Below are positions 1-13,865 of a DNA stretch of 64,000 bases, one piece after another. Under the pieces are notes generated by a model. It was not told the DNA's origin and did not search any database. It saw only the letters and a list, made by a program, of their open reading frames with translations. Within the stretch, counting starts at the first letter, position 1. The number at the start of each line of letters is the position of its first letter. This stretch comes from Eledone cirrhosa (taxonomy: Eukaryota): positions 221,588,001-221,652,000 of the forward strand of contig OZ024741.1 of assembly GCA_964016885.1 (NCBI GenBank). Direction: 5' to 3'. The translations under genes and the position numbers were made by a program.

Positions 1-34
1 TCCTCCTATTTTTATAGGCATCATTTCTACAGCT

Positions 35-3000
35 ATGGATGTGGCTCATTATAAGGTGGGCCACATAGGATGTGGCTCATTATAAGGTGGACCACATAGG
101 ATGTGACTCATTATAAGGTGGACCACATAGGATGTAGTTCATTATAAGGTGGACCACATAGGATGTAGTTCATTATAAGGTGGGCCACATAGGATGTGGC
201 TCATTATAAGGTGGGCCACATAGGATGTGGCTCATTATAAGGTGGACCACATAGGATGTGGCTCATTATAAGGTGGGTCACATAGGATGTGACTCATTAT
301 AAGGTGGACCACATAGGATGTGACTCATTATAAGGTGGGCCACATAGGATGTGGCACATTATAAGGTGGACCACATAGGATGTGACTCATTATAAGGTGG
401 GCCACATAGGATGTGGCTCATTATAAGGTGGACCACATAGGATGTGGCTCATTATAAGGTGGGCCACATAGGATGTGGTTCATTATAAGGTGGGCCACAT
501 AGGATGTGGCTCATTATAAGGTGGACCACATAGGATGTGGCTCATTATAAGGTGGGCCACATAGGATGTAGTTCATTATAAGGTGGGCCACATAGGATGT
601 GGTTCATTATAAGGTGGGCCACATAGGATGTGGCTCATTATAAGGTGGGCCACATAGGATGTAGTTCATTATAAGGTGGGCCACATAGGATGTAGTTCAT
701 TATAAGGTGGGCCACATAGGATGTGACTCATTATAAGGTGGGACACATAGGATGTGACTCATTATAAGGTGGGACACATAGGATGTGACTCATTATAAGG
801 TGGGACACATAGGATGTGGCTCATTATAAGGTGGACCACATAGGATGTGGATCATTATAAGGTGGGCCACATAGGATGTAGTTCATTATAAGGTGGTCCA
901 CATAGGATGTAGTTCATTATAAGGTGGGCCACATAGGATGTGACTCATTATAAGGCAGGTCACATAGGATGTGGCTCATTATAAGGTGGACCACATAGGA
1001 TGTGGATCATTAAAATGTGGGCCACATAGGATGTGGCTCATTATAAGGTGGGCCACATAGGATGTGGCTCATTATAAGGTGGGCCACATAGGATGTGGCT
1101 CATTATAAGGTGGGCCACATAGGATGTGGGTCATTATAAGGTGGGCCACATAGGATGTGGGTCATTATAAGGTGGACCACATAGGATGTGGCTCATTATA
1201 AGGTGGGCCACATAAGATATGACTCATTATAAGGTGGGCCACATAGGATGTGGCTCATTATAAGGTGGACCACATAGGATGTGGCTCATTATAAGGTGGG
1301 CCACATAGGATATGGCTCATTATAAGGTGGACCACATAGGATGTGGCTCATTATAAGGTGGACCACATAGGATGTGACTCATTATAAGGCAGGCCACATA
1401 GGATGTAGTTCATTATAAGGTGGGCCACATAAGATATGGCTCATTATAAGGTGGGCCACATAGGATGTGGTTCATTATAAGGTGGGCCACATAGGATGTG
1501 GTTCATTATAAGGTGGGCCACATAGGATGTGGTTCATTATAAGGTGGACCACATAGGATGTGGCTCATTATAAGGTGGGCCACATAGGATATGGCTCATT
1601 ATAAGGTGGACCACATAGGATGTGACTCATTATAAGGCAGGCCACATAGGATGTAGTTCATTATAAGGTGGGCCACATAGGATGTGGCTCATTATAAGGT
1701 GGGCCACATAGGATGTGACTCATTATAAGGCAGGCCACATAGGATGTAGTTCATTATAATGTGGGCCACATAGCATGTGACTCATTATAAGGTGGGCCAC
1801 ATAGGATGTGACTCATTATAAGGTGGGCCACATAAGATATGGCTCATTATAAGGTGGGCCACATAGGATGTGGCTCATTATAAGGTGGGCCACATAGGAT
1901 GTGGCTCATTATAAGGTGGACCACATAGGATATGGCTCATTATAAGGTGGGACACATAGGATGTGGCTCATTATAAGGTGGACCACATAGGATGTGGTTC
2001 ATTATAAGGTGGGCCACATAGGATGTGGCTCATTATAAGGTGGGCCACATAGGATGTGGCTCATTATAAGGTGGGCCACATAGGATGTGGCTCATTATAA
2101 GGTGGACCACATAGGATGTGGTTCATTATAAGGTGGGCCACATAGGATGTGGCTCATTATAAGGTGGGCCACATAAGATATGGTTCATTATAAGGTGGGA
2201 CACATAGGATGTGGCTCATTATAAGGTGGGCCACATAGGATGTGGCTCATTATAAGGTGGGCCACATAGGATGTGGCTCATTATAAGGTGGGCCACATAG
2301 GATGTGGTTCATTATAAGGTGGGCCACATAGGATGTGGTTCATTATAAGGTGGGCCACATAGTATGTGGCTCATTATAAGGTGGGCCACATAGGATGTAG
2401 TTCATTATAAGGTGGACCACATAGGATGTGGCTCATTATAAGGTGGGCCACATAGGATGTGGCTCATTATAAGGTGGACCACATAGGATGTGGCTCATTA
2501 TAAGGCGGACCACATAGGATGTGGCTCATTATAAGGTGGGCCACATAGGATGTGGCTCATTATAAGGTGGGCCACATAGGATATGGGTCATTATAAGGTG
2601 GGCCACATAGGATGTAGTTCATTATAAGGTGGGCCACATAGGATGTAGTTCATTATAAGGTGGGCCACATAGGATGTGACTCATTATAAGGTGGGCCACA
2701 TAGGATGTAGTTCATTATAAGGTGGGCCACATAGGATGTAGTTCATTATAAGGTGGGCCACATAGGATGTGGCTCATTATAAGGTGGGCCACATAGGATG
2801 TAGTTCATTATAAGGTGGGCCACATAGGATGTAGTTCATTATAAGGTGGGCCACATAGGATGTGACTCATTATAAGGTGGGCCACATAGGATGTGACTCA
2901 TTATAAGGTGGGCCACATAGGATGTAGTTCATTATAAGGTGGGCCACATAGGATGTGACTCATTATAAGGTGGGCCACATAGGATGTAGTTCATTATAAG

Positions 3001-3749
3001 GTGGGCCACATAGGATGTGACTCATTATAAGGTGGGCCACATAGGATGTGACTCATTATAAGGTGGGCCACATAGGATGTGGTTCATTATAAGGTGGGCC
3101 ACATAGGATGTGGTTCATTATAAGGTGGGCCACATAGGATGTGACTCATTATAAGGGTGGGCCACATAGGATGTGGTTCATTATAAGGTGGGCCACATAG
3201 GATGTGACTCAATTATAAGGTGGGCCACATAGGATGTGACTCATTATAAGGTGGGCCACATAGGATGTGGTTCATTATAAGGTGACCACATAGGACTGTG
3301 ACTCATTATAAGGTGGGCCACATAGGATGTGACTCATTATAAGGTGGGCCACATAGGATGTAGTTCATTATAGGTGGGACACATAGGATGTGGCTCATTA
3401 TAAGGTGGGCCACATAGGATGTGGCTCATTTATAGGTGGGCCACATAGGATGTAGTTCATTATAAGGTCGGGGCCACATAGGATGTGGCTCATTATAAGG
3501 TGGGCCACATAGGATGTGGCTCATTATAAGGCAGGGCCACATAAGATGTGGCTCATTATAAGGTGGGCCACATAGGATGTGGCTCATTATAAGGTGTGGG
3601 CCACATAGGATGTAGTTCATTATAAGGTGGGCCACATAGGATGTGGCTCATTATAAGTTGGGTCACATAGGATGTGGGTCATTATAAAGTGGGCCACATA
3701 GGATGTGGATCATTAAAATGTGGGCCACATAGGATGTGGCTCATTATAA

Positions 3750-3750
<1 letters not shown>
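35..3750. repeat. 31-bp tandem satellite (AGGTGGGCCACATAGGATGTGGCTCATTATA), about 120 units, with an internal hairpin
   Basis: CCACATAGG recurs at 61, 92, 123 and onward; each unit contains GCCACAT-AGG-ATGTGGC. Confidence 0.97.
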
Positions 3751-4120
<370 letters not shown>

Positions 4121-4347
4121 GCTAAAAATATGGATTAATATTATCTCCAGTGAAGTAACAAGTATATATGTGTATGTCATTGAAAGTGGTGGTATTGAAG
4201 ACATTTAAGTTAAAAGACTTCATTGGTGACATGGTGACATATTGATAAAATGACATCATGACAGATGTTGACAGGCTGCTCCTGATTCTCTCAATCTATC
4301 TATCTGCACCTGAGCACTGTACACAATAATTTCATTATTATTATTAA

Positions 4348-4537
4348 GGGCAGTGGATTGGCAGTATCGGTAGAGGGTCGGACGCCATGATTTCCAGCAT
4401 AGTTACGTCCCTTTACGATCTGAGTTCAAATCCCGCCGAGGTTGACTTTGCCTTTCATCTTACGGGGTCGATAAAATAAAGTACCAGTAATGCACTGTGT
4501 AATTGCTGGCCTTGTGCCTAACGTAGAAACAATTATT
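4348..4537 (+). mobile_element. tRNA-derived SINE family A (Meta-domain-like core, ATT tail)
   Basis: A-box-like TGGCAGTATCGG, B box GAGTTCAAATCC, core GCCTTTCATC..GGGGTCGATAAAATAAAGTACC; nine copies in the window. Confidence 0.85.
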
Positions 4538-4554
4538 ATCTATGTAACTATCTA

Positions 4555-4589
<35 letters not shown>

Positions 4590-4590
<1 letters not shown>

Positions 4591-5062
4591 GTGGTAGAAC
4601 ACTGGAAGTTAATATCTGTAGTGGTAGAGCACTCAGTCCATGGGACAAGTTAGGTAGAAGGTGGTTACACAACAGGCTAGTTCACCATACGAGAACAATT
4701 GTTTCACCTTAGCGGATCCTCAGCTCATAATGGACATGGTTATACGGAACAGGAAGGATAACGAACGCGCGTGCGCAGAACGATCACTTCCCACAGGCAA
4801 TACTAAATTGCGTGCGAGAAGTGTAAGGGAGATAACTGTGAAAGTCCGAAAGTTTCTAGTTGATAAGAAAATTAGGATGTTCTTTTTATTTCAATCCGGA
4901 GCTTTGTAGTTATGTAAAGGTGTTTCCAGACGTGTGGACAACGTGTGAAAGAATTCATTTTTCGTGTTTAGGCAATCACTATTGCGTAATCTCTTTAGAA
5001 TATTTATTCGTTCATCAATACATAGCCCACACGACGGATTGGACTTAGTGATGGCTTTCCAT
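4590..5062 (-). mobile_element. 3' end of a Naiad-type PLE (GIY-YIG C-terminus + pLTR), same family as 28.7-30.8 kb
   Basis: Clear similarity to 28710-29220; starts at a (TA)n tract. Confidence 0.9.
4688..4729 (-). ncRNA. Minimal type-I hammerhead ribozyme
   Basis: ATGAG-CTGAGGA-tCCgctaaGGt-GAAAC-AATT-GTT-CTCGT; palindromic stem III, weak stem II. Confidence 0.75.
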
Positions 5063-5131
5063 ATCTATAAATCTATCATTCCATGAATCTATGTATATAT
5101 CTATCTACATGTCTATCTATCTATCTCTTCT

Positions 5132-5237
<106 letters not shown>

Positions 5238-5244
5238 ATAGGTA

Positions 5245-5365
5245 GAATGCTTTGTGGTATTTCTTTTGGTTCTCTGCTTTCTGAGTTCAAATCCCGCTGA
5301 GGTCAATTTTGCCTTTCATCCATTCGAGGTGGATAAAAAAATGTACCAATCAAGTACTGGGGTCA
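5245..5365 (+). mobile_element. Diverged SINE A copy
   Basis: CTGAGTTCAAATCCCGCTGAGGTCAATTTTGCCTTTCATCC. Confidence 0.75.
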
Positions 5366-5462
5366 ATTCTTCTTCAATATCTCACTTTCTATCCTTCTCT
5401 GGAAGAAATCTGCTGTATGGTTTCCCCCAGGATTAAACTGACCAAGAAATGCTGGGACCATA

Positions 5463-5559
<97 letters not shown>

Positions 5560-5934
5560 GAAAGAAAATGTAGCTCTATATAAATATATATATAGTAATA
5601 ATAATAAATGTGAAAACTAAAATCCAAAGAGGGCTCGATAAGGATAAATATATATCAAATATATAAGAACCCTAGAGCAAATACTTATTAATGTATTTGC
5701 AAAAAAAGTAAGAAACAACCTTCGGCCTCCAGGACGCATGGTAGATTTTTTAGACTTATTTTACGAAAAAAGTAGCATCTTCGACACCGGGAAATACGGT
5801 ATTTATATGTATATATAGTATATATATATATACATATATATATATATACATATCATGATAAATTAACGGAGCCATAGACTCTCGTTATTTCCTCTCAATA
5901 ATGTGCTCAAAGGAAAAGGAATCCTGAGCTCTTT

Positions 5935-6405
5935 CAAATACAATGTTGAAAAGGTAACATACTAGAGAGAGATAGTGCACCATCAATAAAACAGGGAAAA
6001 CCACCAGTGTGTGGAATCTATAATCTATGGAAGGCGTCACTCAGATACTACTGGTTCACTGCCTTAAACACGCTGTGACATCTCTCTGCCGCGTGTAGCT
6101 GGATGGTCGCTTTAGATTCTCTTAGAGTTGTCTGGAATGTATAGTCTTGCACGCGCTGATGAACCATAGGCTATTCCATTTCAGTCAACAACTTCCTGGC
6201 GAAACAGATCTCTTTGGATTTGTACGCGTGTGTTATATAGTTATAGAGGTGCGTATATACATTTTAATTTATATTTTTAATTATTGTGTGTCTACCCTGC
6301 CTTCCATAGGTTATAGATTCCATACACTGGTGGTTTTCCCTGTTTTATTGATGGCACATTATCACTCTCTCTCTCTAGTGTGTTACCTTTTCAACATATT
6401 GTATT
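5935..6405 (+). mobile_element. ORF-less module with about 100-bp inverted terminal arms and an internal hammerhead (solo pLTR-like)
   Basis: 5935-6036 is the reverse complement of about 6299-6405; hammerhead at 6150-6230. Confidence 0.75.
6150..6230 (+). ncRNA. Type-I hammerhead ribozyme with a complete stem III
   Basis: CACGCG-CTGATGA-aCCA..TGGc-GAAAC-AGATCT-cttt-GGATTT-GTA-CGCGTG. Confidence 0.85.
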
Positions 6406-6471
6406 TTATATACACACACACACATATATATATATATATAATATATATATATATATTATATATATATATAT

Positions 6472-6655
6472 AGAAGTGGTTACACAACAGTTAGTTCACC
6501 ATACCAAGAACAATTATTTCACCTTAGCGGATCCTCAGCTCGTAATGGACATGTCCATTACGAGCTGACGATCGGCTCGTAACCACTTCTACCTAACTCG
6601 TCCCATGGACTGAGTGCTCTGCCACTACGGATATTACCTTCCAGTGATCTACCAG
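6472..6655. mobile_element. Miniature inverted pLTR derivative of the 28.7-30.8 kb family, with a minus-strand hammerhead at about 6505-6543
   Basis: Minus-strand pLTR piece, palindrome CAGCTCGTAATGGACATGTCCATTACGAGCTG, then plus-strand pLTR end; (TA)n on both sides. Confidence 0.8.
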
Positions 6656-6767
6656 TATATATATATATATATATATGTGCGTGTATAAATATATATATAT
6701 ATATATACACACATATATATATGTGTGTGTGTGTGCATATATATTTGTGTGTGTGTTTGTATATATA

Positions 6768-6816
<49 letters not shown>

Positions 6817-6823
6817 ATGTGTA

Positions 6824-6877
<54 letters not shown>

Positions 6878-6879
<2 letters not shown>

Positions 6880-7035
6880 TTGGTGTTAGGAAAGGCATCC
6901 AGCTGTAGAAATCAAGCCAAATCAGTTCCTGTATGAGCAAGGCATGGTCAGCCGACCAGACACTGCCCACAACAGGACAACCCGTCTAACCCATGCTAGC
7001 GTGGAAGAACGGACGTAAAACGGTGATGATGATGA
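6878..7035 (+). mobile_element. SINE-like family B with (GAT)n tail, probably RTE-partnered
   Basis: GGTTGGTGTTAGGAAnGGCATCCAG...AACCCATGCTAGCGTGGAAG...GATGATGAT; four copies. Confidence 0.7.
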
Positions 7036-7189
7036 TATATATATACACACACACACACACAACATATCCACTGCGCTCTACACTACTACACTTCTATGAG
7101 TCATAGCAGAGTCTTTAAGCTTTTCAAGAGTATCCAAGATGTCTGATGCAGAGTGGAAGACAGGATGTGACTGAGAAAAGGGTGGATGT

Positions 7190-10100
7190 CTGTGTGAGTG
7201 TGTGTATGTAGCTTTGTCTGTCTGTGTGTGTCCGTGTCTGTGTGTGTGTGTAGCTATGTGTATGCCAGTGTAAGTGTATGTGTGTGTGTCTGTGTGTGTG
7301 TCAGTGTGTGTAGTTATGTGTGTGTGTGTAGTTATGTGTATCCCAGTGTGAGTGTCTGTATGTCAGTGTGTGTAGCTATGTGTGCATATGTCTCTATGTG
7401 TATGTGTATGTAGCTATGTGTATGCCTGTGTGAGTGTCTGTGTGTCAGTGTGTGTATGTGTGTCAGTGTGTGTGTGTGTGTGTATATCTCTATGTGTGTG
7501 TGTATGTCTCTCTCTTTAAATGTGTATATGTGTGTGTATATGTGTCTATGTATGTGTAACTATATGCATGTTTGTGTGTGTGTGTGTATGTTTGTGTGTA
7601 TGCCACTGAGAGTCTGTGCATGTTTGTGTGTGTGTGTGTATGTTTGTGTGTGTTTGTGTGTACGCCACTGAGAGTCTGTGTATGTATTTATGTGTATGTG
7701 TGTGTGTTGCTATGTGTATGTCTGTATGTGTGTGTCTGTGTGTATGTCTCTGCATGTCTATGTGTGTGTCTCTATGTGTATGTCTGTGCGTGTCTTTGTC
7801 TGTGTGTATGTGTGTGTGTGTGTGTGTGTGTAGCTATGTGTACATCACTGTGTGTCTGTGTGTGTGACTGAGTTTCTCTGAGTGTCTCTAAGTGTATATC
7901 TGTATGTGTCGGTGTGGTCCTTGTTTGTCTTTGTGTGTATGTCACTGTGTGTGTGTATATGTATATCTACGTCTCTGTGTCCATATGTATGTGTACATCA
8001 CTGTCTGTGAATGCATTTCTTTGTGTGTATGTGTGTGTCACTGTATGTGTATGTAAGTATACATCACTGTGTGTGACTGTTTCTCTGTGTGTACGTGTGA
8101 GTGCATGTATGTATCTGTGCATGTGTGTCTCTCTGTGTTGACTTAACACAAAATACAGCACACACAGACAGATGTACATATACACACACATTCACACACA
8201 TGTGTACACACAAATACAGATACACACATACAGGCATCCACACACATATACATACAAACTGACACATGTACATCCATGTACATACATGCAAACACTTACA
8301 CATGCACACACACACACACGTCCCCACACACACATGCACACACACATGTACACACATATCCCCCCACACACATGTACACACACACAAAAGTCCCCACACA
8401 GGCATGCCCCACCACCAACACCAACACCACCACCACCACCACCACCACCACTACCACCACCACCACCACCACTACCACCACCACCACCACCAGAACCACT
8501 ACCACACCACAACCACCACCACCACCACACCACCACCACCAAACCACCACCACCACCGCCACCACCACACCACCACTACCACTACTGTTTATAATACCAC
8601 CACCACCACCGTACCCTCACCACCACCACTACCACCACCTCCACCACCACCACCTCCACCACCACCACCACACCACCACCACACGCACCCTCACCACCAT
8701 CACCACCACCACACCACCACCACCACCAGACCACCAACACCACCACCACCACCATCAACACCAACACCACCACCACCAACATCACTACCACTACCACCGC
8801 CACCATCATCAACACCACCACCACCACCACCACCACCATAACACCACCACCACCACCACCACCATAACACCACCACCACCACCACCACCACACCACCACC
8901 ACCATCACCATCCACCCCTACCCCACCACCACCACCACCACCACCATAACACCACCACCACCACCACCACACCACCACCATCACCACCACCACCACCACC
9001 AATGGAATGAGTCATACAGTTCAGTAAATATTACATCTCATTGAATTGGTTGGGAAACATTGATTCTACACAAGCACACACACACACTTAGACACAGACA
9101 CACACACACACACACACACTTAGACACAGACACACACACACACACACTTAGACACAGACACACACACACACACACACTTAGACACAGACACACACACACA
9201 CACTTAGACACAGACACACACACACACTTAGACACAGACACACACACACACACACTTAGACACAGACACACACACACACACACTTAGACACAGACACACA
9301 CACACACACACTTAGACACAGACACACACACACACACACTTAGACACAGACACACACACACACACACTTAGACACAGACACACACACACACACACTTAGA
9401 CACAGACACACAGACACACACACACTTAGACACAGACACACAGACACACACACACTTAGACACAGACACACACACACACACACACTTAGACACAGACACA
9501 CAGACACACACACACTTGGACACAGACACACAGACACACACACACTTAGACACAGACACACAGACACTTAGACACAGACACACAGACACACATAGACACG
9601 CACACACACACGCATAGACAGAGACACACAGACACACATATAGACACACACATAGACACACACACAGACAAACACACACTCATATACACACACACAAACA
9701 CACAGACACACACACACATAGACACAGACACACAGACACACGCACACACATATATACACACACACAGACTCACATCCAACAGCTAGTGTGCATCTGTGTG
9801 CGTGTGTGTGTCTTTGTGTGTCTGTGTGTGTGTCTGTGCGTATGTGTGTGTATGTATGTGTGTGTATGTCTGTGTGCCTGTGTCTGAGTGTGTCTGTATG
9901 TGTGTGTATGTGTGTGTGGGTATATGTGTATGTGTCTGTGTGTCTGCCAGTGTGTGTCTATGTATGTGTGTGTGTGTCTGTGTGTGTGTATGTGTCTGTG
10001 TGTGTGTTTGTGTGTGTCTGTGTCTGTATGTCTGAATATGTCTCTGTGTGTATGTGTGTGTGTATATCTGTGTGTGTGTCTGTATGTGTGTGTATGTGTA

Positions 10101-10330
10101 GACCGTTTATTATACACACACACACCCTACATCGGAGTGCGTGTGTCTGTATGTGTATGTCTGTATTTGTATGTCTGTGTGTGTAGATGTGTGTGTCGGT
10201 GTGATGTGACTATGTGATGTGTGTGTGTGTGTGTTCATGTGTATGTATGTGCGTGTCTGTGTAGGTGTGTTCGTGTGTATGTATGTGTGTTTCTCTGATG
10301 TGTGTCCTTGTATGAATGTATGTAAACCTA
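7190..10330. repeat. Compound low-complexity block: degenerate (TG)n/(CA)n, (CAC)n at 8410-9000, TTAGACACAGA(CA)n minisatellite at 9075-9580
   Basis: Direct reading; the ORFs here are homopolymer or dipeptide artefacts. Confidence 0.95.
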
Positions 10331-10963
10331 GAGAGAGAGAGTGCCGGTGCCAAAACGGCTTGGTGCCACGGTTTATATATGTATAATTTGATATTTTATA
10401 TACTATTATATCATATGCATACAATACTATAATAATTTAATAAATGATAAATTCATGGCGTCCCCCAATCCGAATTCTTTTTTATACCCCGTGAATTTCG
10501 TTATAACGGAATTTCACTGTATATATAAACAGTAGCAGATGTTGAGAATGGTAGTGTTCAATTACTTTGAGGAAGAAGCAAATTTGAATTGATGGAATGA
10601 GTACAGCACGGAAAAGATAGGTCACGTGTCAATCGGTCCCATGATTCCTTTGAAATGTCCCATGATTCATTTGTAACAACATTTTTACCACCATGATTTA
10701 TTTAAAACATTTTTATTCCAATTATTCTTTTGAAACGCAACTTTTATCTAGCATTGTGAAGAAACGCAAAAGAAAAAAAAAAGAAATACTTGAAGCCATA
10801 ATAAACAGTAATTAATTATTGTATCAATTAATTATAGAACGTATATAAATTTTAACAGTATATATGTGTATGTGTGTATATATTTATATATATATATATA
10901 TATATATGTATTTAAAATGCTGGAGAGAACAACAAAGATTTATGAATACATATATATATCTAA

Positions 10964-11089
10964 TTGCTGACAAGTTGTTTCAAATATTATACAGTAAGAA
11001 TGGACATAGATCTTGAGATATCGAATATAAAACGATATTAGTACATTAAAAATAAATAAATATGTGTGTCAGTATTTTCATCAGAGCCT
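10964..11089 (-). ncRNA. Hammerhead ribozyme with a long (about 95 nt) stem II region
   Basis: GCT-CTGATGA-AAATACT...AATATTT-GAAAC-AACTT-GTC-AGC. Confidence 0.6.
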
Positions 11090-11485
11090 AAACAAAAAAT
11101 TCTTTATAACATATTAACTCATAAATCAGAATATATGACCTAAGTGAAAAACTTACTTTAAATGTGGAATGTTATTAAACTATCTCTTTTTCCATCTAAT
11201 CGCATGGCTCGCTAGTCTAGCAACCTATATGCATTAAGCACACTAACCTTGTCTCTACTGGCTTGTAATCTGCATAACTAATCCCTTTTCTTTCCTCCTG
11301 ATTAGCTTACTTGCTTTTTACTCTGCTTATATATATATGTATACATATCTCTCCAAGATGACCGCTTGAATACGCAAGCGTAAATTTTTACCTCCACAAT
11401 TATTTTCTCATTTTCCCCTGTTCCTTCCACTTATCGCCCTTTACTTTCTAATTTCTTTTATTTCTAACTCTCTAACTTGTGATGA

Positions 11486-11520
11486 AGGACTAGTGTCCGA
11501 AATATTAAGACTCTCTTCCT
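11486..11520 (+). ncRNA. Degenerate hammerhead, paralog of 21267-21302
   Basis: CTT-GTGATGA-AGGACTAGTGTCC-GAAATATT-AAGA; downstream flank also matches the 21.2 kb copy. Confidence 0.55.
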
Positions 11521-11594
11521 GCTATTTCAAGTGTTAAACTAATACATTTCTTCCATGTACTGTACCGTCTGTTTTGTTATTTCTGTTTACCTTT

Positions 11595-11695
<101 letters not shown>

Positions 11696-11811
11696 AATAT
11701 TTCCGTAGAAAAGGTAACGGAAAGAAGAGTGCTCTATGTATAGTACAGAGCTATTTAATTACATAATAAACAACACAATATAATTATTCCATTACCAAAG
11801 GTTATATGTAT

Positions 11812-11980
11812 ATATCTATATATCTAAAACAGAGAATGTGTGTCTGTCTGTCCAATCACTAAAACTCGAGAACCACCCAACCGATTGTTTTCAAACTTTA
11901 CACATGTAAATCTTATGGTCCTATTGAGTGTTTTGAGAAAATAAAATTTCAAATTTTCTATGCCCTATTAGGCGATTTAG
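11812..11980 (+). mobile_element. Possible non-autonomous Helitron 5' end
   Basis: TCTATATATCTAAAACAGAGAATGTGTGTCTGTCTGTCC resembles the 5' end at 35510. Confidence 0.45.
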
Positions 11981-11981
11981 C

Positions 11982-12060
<79 letters not shown>

Positions 12061-12299
12061 AGATAGATAAATAGATATTACGTTGCGTCCTTATAATATC
12101 TGTCTGTATGTCTGGCTGTCTGCATTGCGTCATTATGACGCGGTGTGTGTGTATATGTATATATAGTGTGTGTGTATATATATAGTGTGTAACGTTTTTC
12201 GAAATATTTACTTCTGCGTTCACAGATTTATTATTTTAGTTTCAGAAGATCCCGTTAAGAGTGAAAGCAGCGATTCTTTGCTTAAACTTTAATCTGTTA

Positions 12300-12369
<70 letters not shown>

Positions 12370-12373
<4 letters not shown>

Positions 12374-12555
12374 AAAAAGTATGACCCCGACGGCCGAGCT
12401 CAAGCCATTTCGACGGCTATTTCCGTCGAAACGGCTTGAGCTCGGCCGTCGGGGTCATACTTTTTCCTATTACCTACTCTACTACCCTAAGTATTGAGTA
12501 CTCTGGTGCGTTATAGTCTATCTGGTTCCTTACCACAATTCCTTCGTTATATATA
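12370..12555 (+). mobile_element. Fold-back mini-element carrying a half hammerhead (copy 1)
   Basis: About 47-bp inverted arms at 12370-12469 plus an 85-bp tail shared with the copies at 14678 and 45590. Confidence 0.85.
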
Positions 12556-12699
12556 TCCCCACCCCCATCAACACCACCCCTTTCTCTGTAAAGTTATGTT
12601 GGTACCACAACATCCAGTCCTAAATAAATGAGGTCGTGTAGGTATCACGACAAAAAAACACACAGTCCATGCTGTAATGTGGCCGTGTAGGTAACACGG

Positions 12700-12875
12700 T
12701 AAAAACCTCCCAGTCCACACTGTAAACGTGGTTGGTGTTAGGAAGGGCATCCAGTCGTAGAAAACCCGCCAGACAGTCCGATACGAGCAAGACAACCAAT
12801 CTTGACTCAAGTGGGACAATTCACGTCTCAACCCATGCTAGCGCGGAAGATAGACGTTAAACGAGGATCATGATG
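12700..12875 (+). mobile_element. SINE-like family B
   Basis: Similar to 6878, 13690 and 61000. Confidence 0.7.
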
Positions 12876-12927
12876 TATATATATGTATATGTATATGTGT
12901 GTATGTATATATGTGTATATGTGTGTG

Positions 12928-12989
<62 letters not shown>

Positions 12990-12993
12990 TGTT

Positions 12994-13040
<47 letters not shown>

Positions 13041-13065
13041 GTATGTATATATATATATATGTTTG

Positions 13066-13102
<37 letters not shown>

Positions 13103-13689
13103 ATGTATGTGTATACATATATGAATGTATATATATATATATATATATGAAGGTGGCTGTTCTATGTATCTCACCTAGAAAAACACCTGGAACTTTTCTG
13201 GTATATTGCCAAGATGTAATCGGTAGGTTACCCAAAGCTTAACTCTTGATACCAAACGACCTGAAACCAGTCATGGTTCTATGATACAAATCTGTTTCTT
13301 TTAAAATGTTTATATTTATCTAAATACTTTCCATCATAATTTTATGTAAGAACTTTTGTTTAGTTATGCTCCATTTACCAACTTAGTAATGAAAAAGTTA
13401 CTTAAATGACTAAATCCCTTCAAATATTTTATTCATTTTAAAATTATCTGAAAATTTTAAGCAGTGACTTTTACTAAAAATATGGTAACAAAAAAGGTTA
13501 AAGTGTATATATTTATCTAAAGCCATTCCATTTTATGTAATAATCTTTATGTTCCAAACACCAGCTTAATAATGAGAAAGTTAGTTATATTATTAACTCA
13601 TTTTGAAATCATAATTATTTGAAAAATATAAGCAATATCCTTCATTAGAAATATGTTAACAAAAGGGTTAATGATATACATACTGGAAA

Positions 13690-13865
13690 TGTGGTTGGTG
13701 TTAGGAAGGGCATCCAGCCATAGAAAACCTGCCAGTCAGTCCTATACGAGTGAGACATGGTCACCCGACCAATCTTGCCTCAAGTAAGACAATTCCCGTC
13801 TAAACCCATGCTAGCGTGGAAGATAGACGTTAAACGATGATGATGATGGTGATGATGATGATGAT
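13690..13865 (+). mobile_element. SINE-like family B
   Basis: Same motifs, long (GAT)n tail. Confidence 0.7.

Noticed and set aside
5780-5801. Lone pogo/Tigger-like TIR (also 10498-10520)
   Set aside because: No partner TIR or transposase found, so not reported as an element
7190-10330. ORFs rich in His, Pro, Thr or Cys-Val, and the many YIYI ORFs elsewhere
   Set aside because: Translations of microsatellites that lack stop codons
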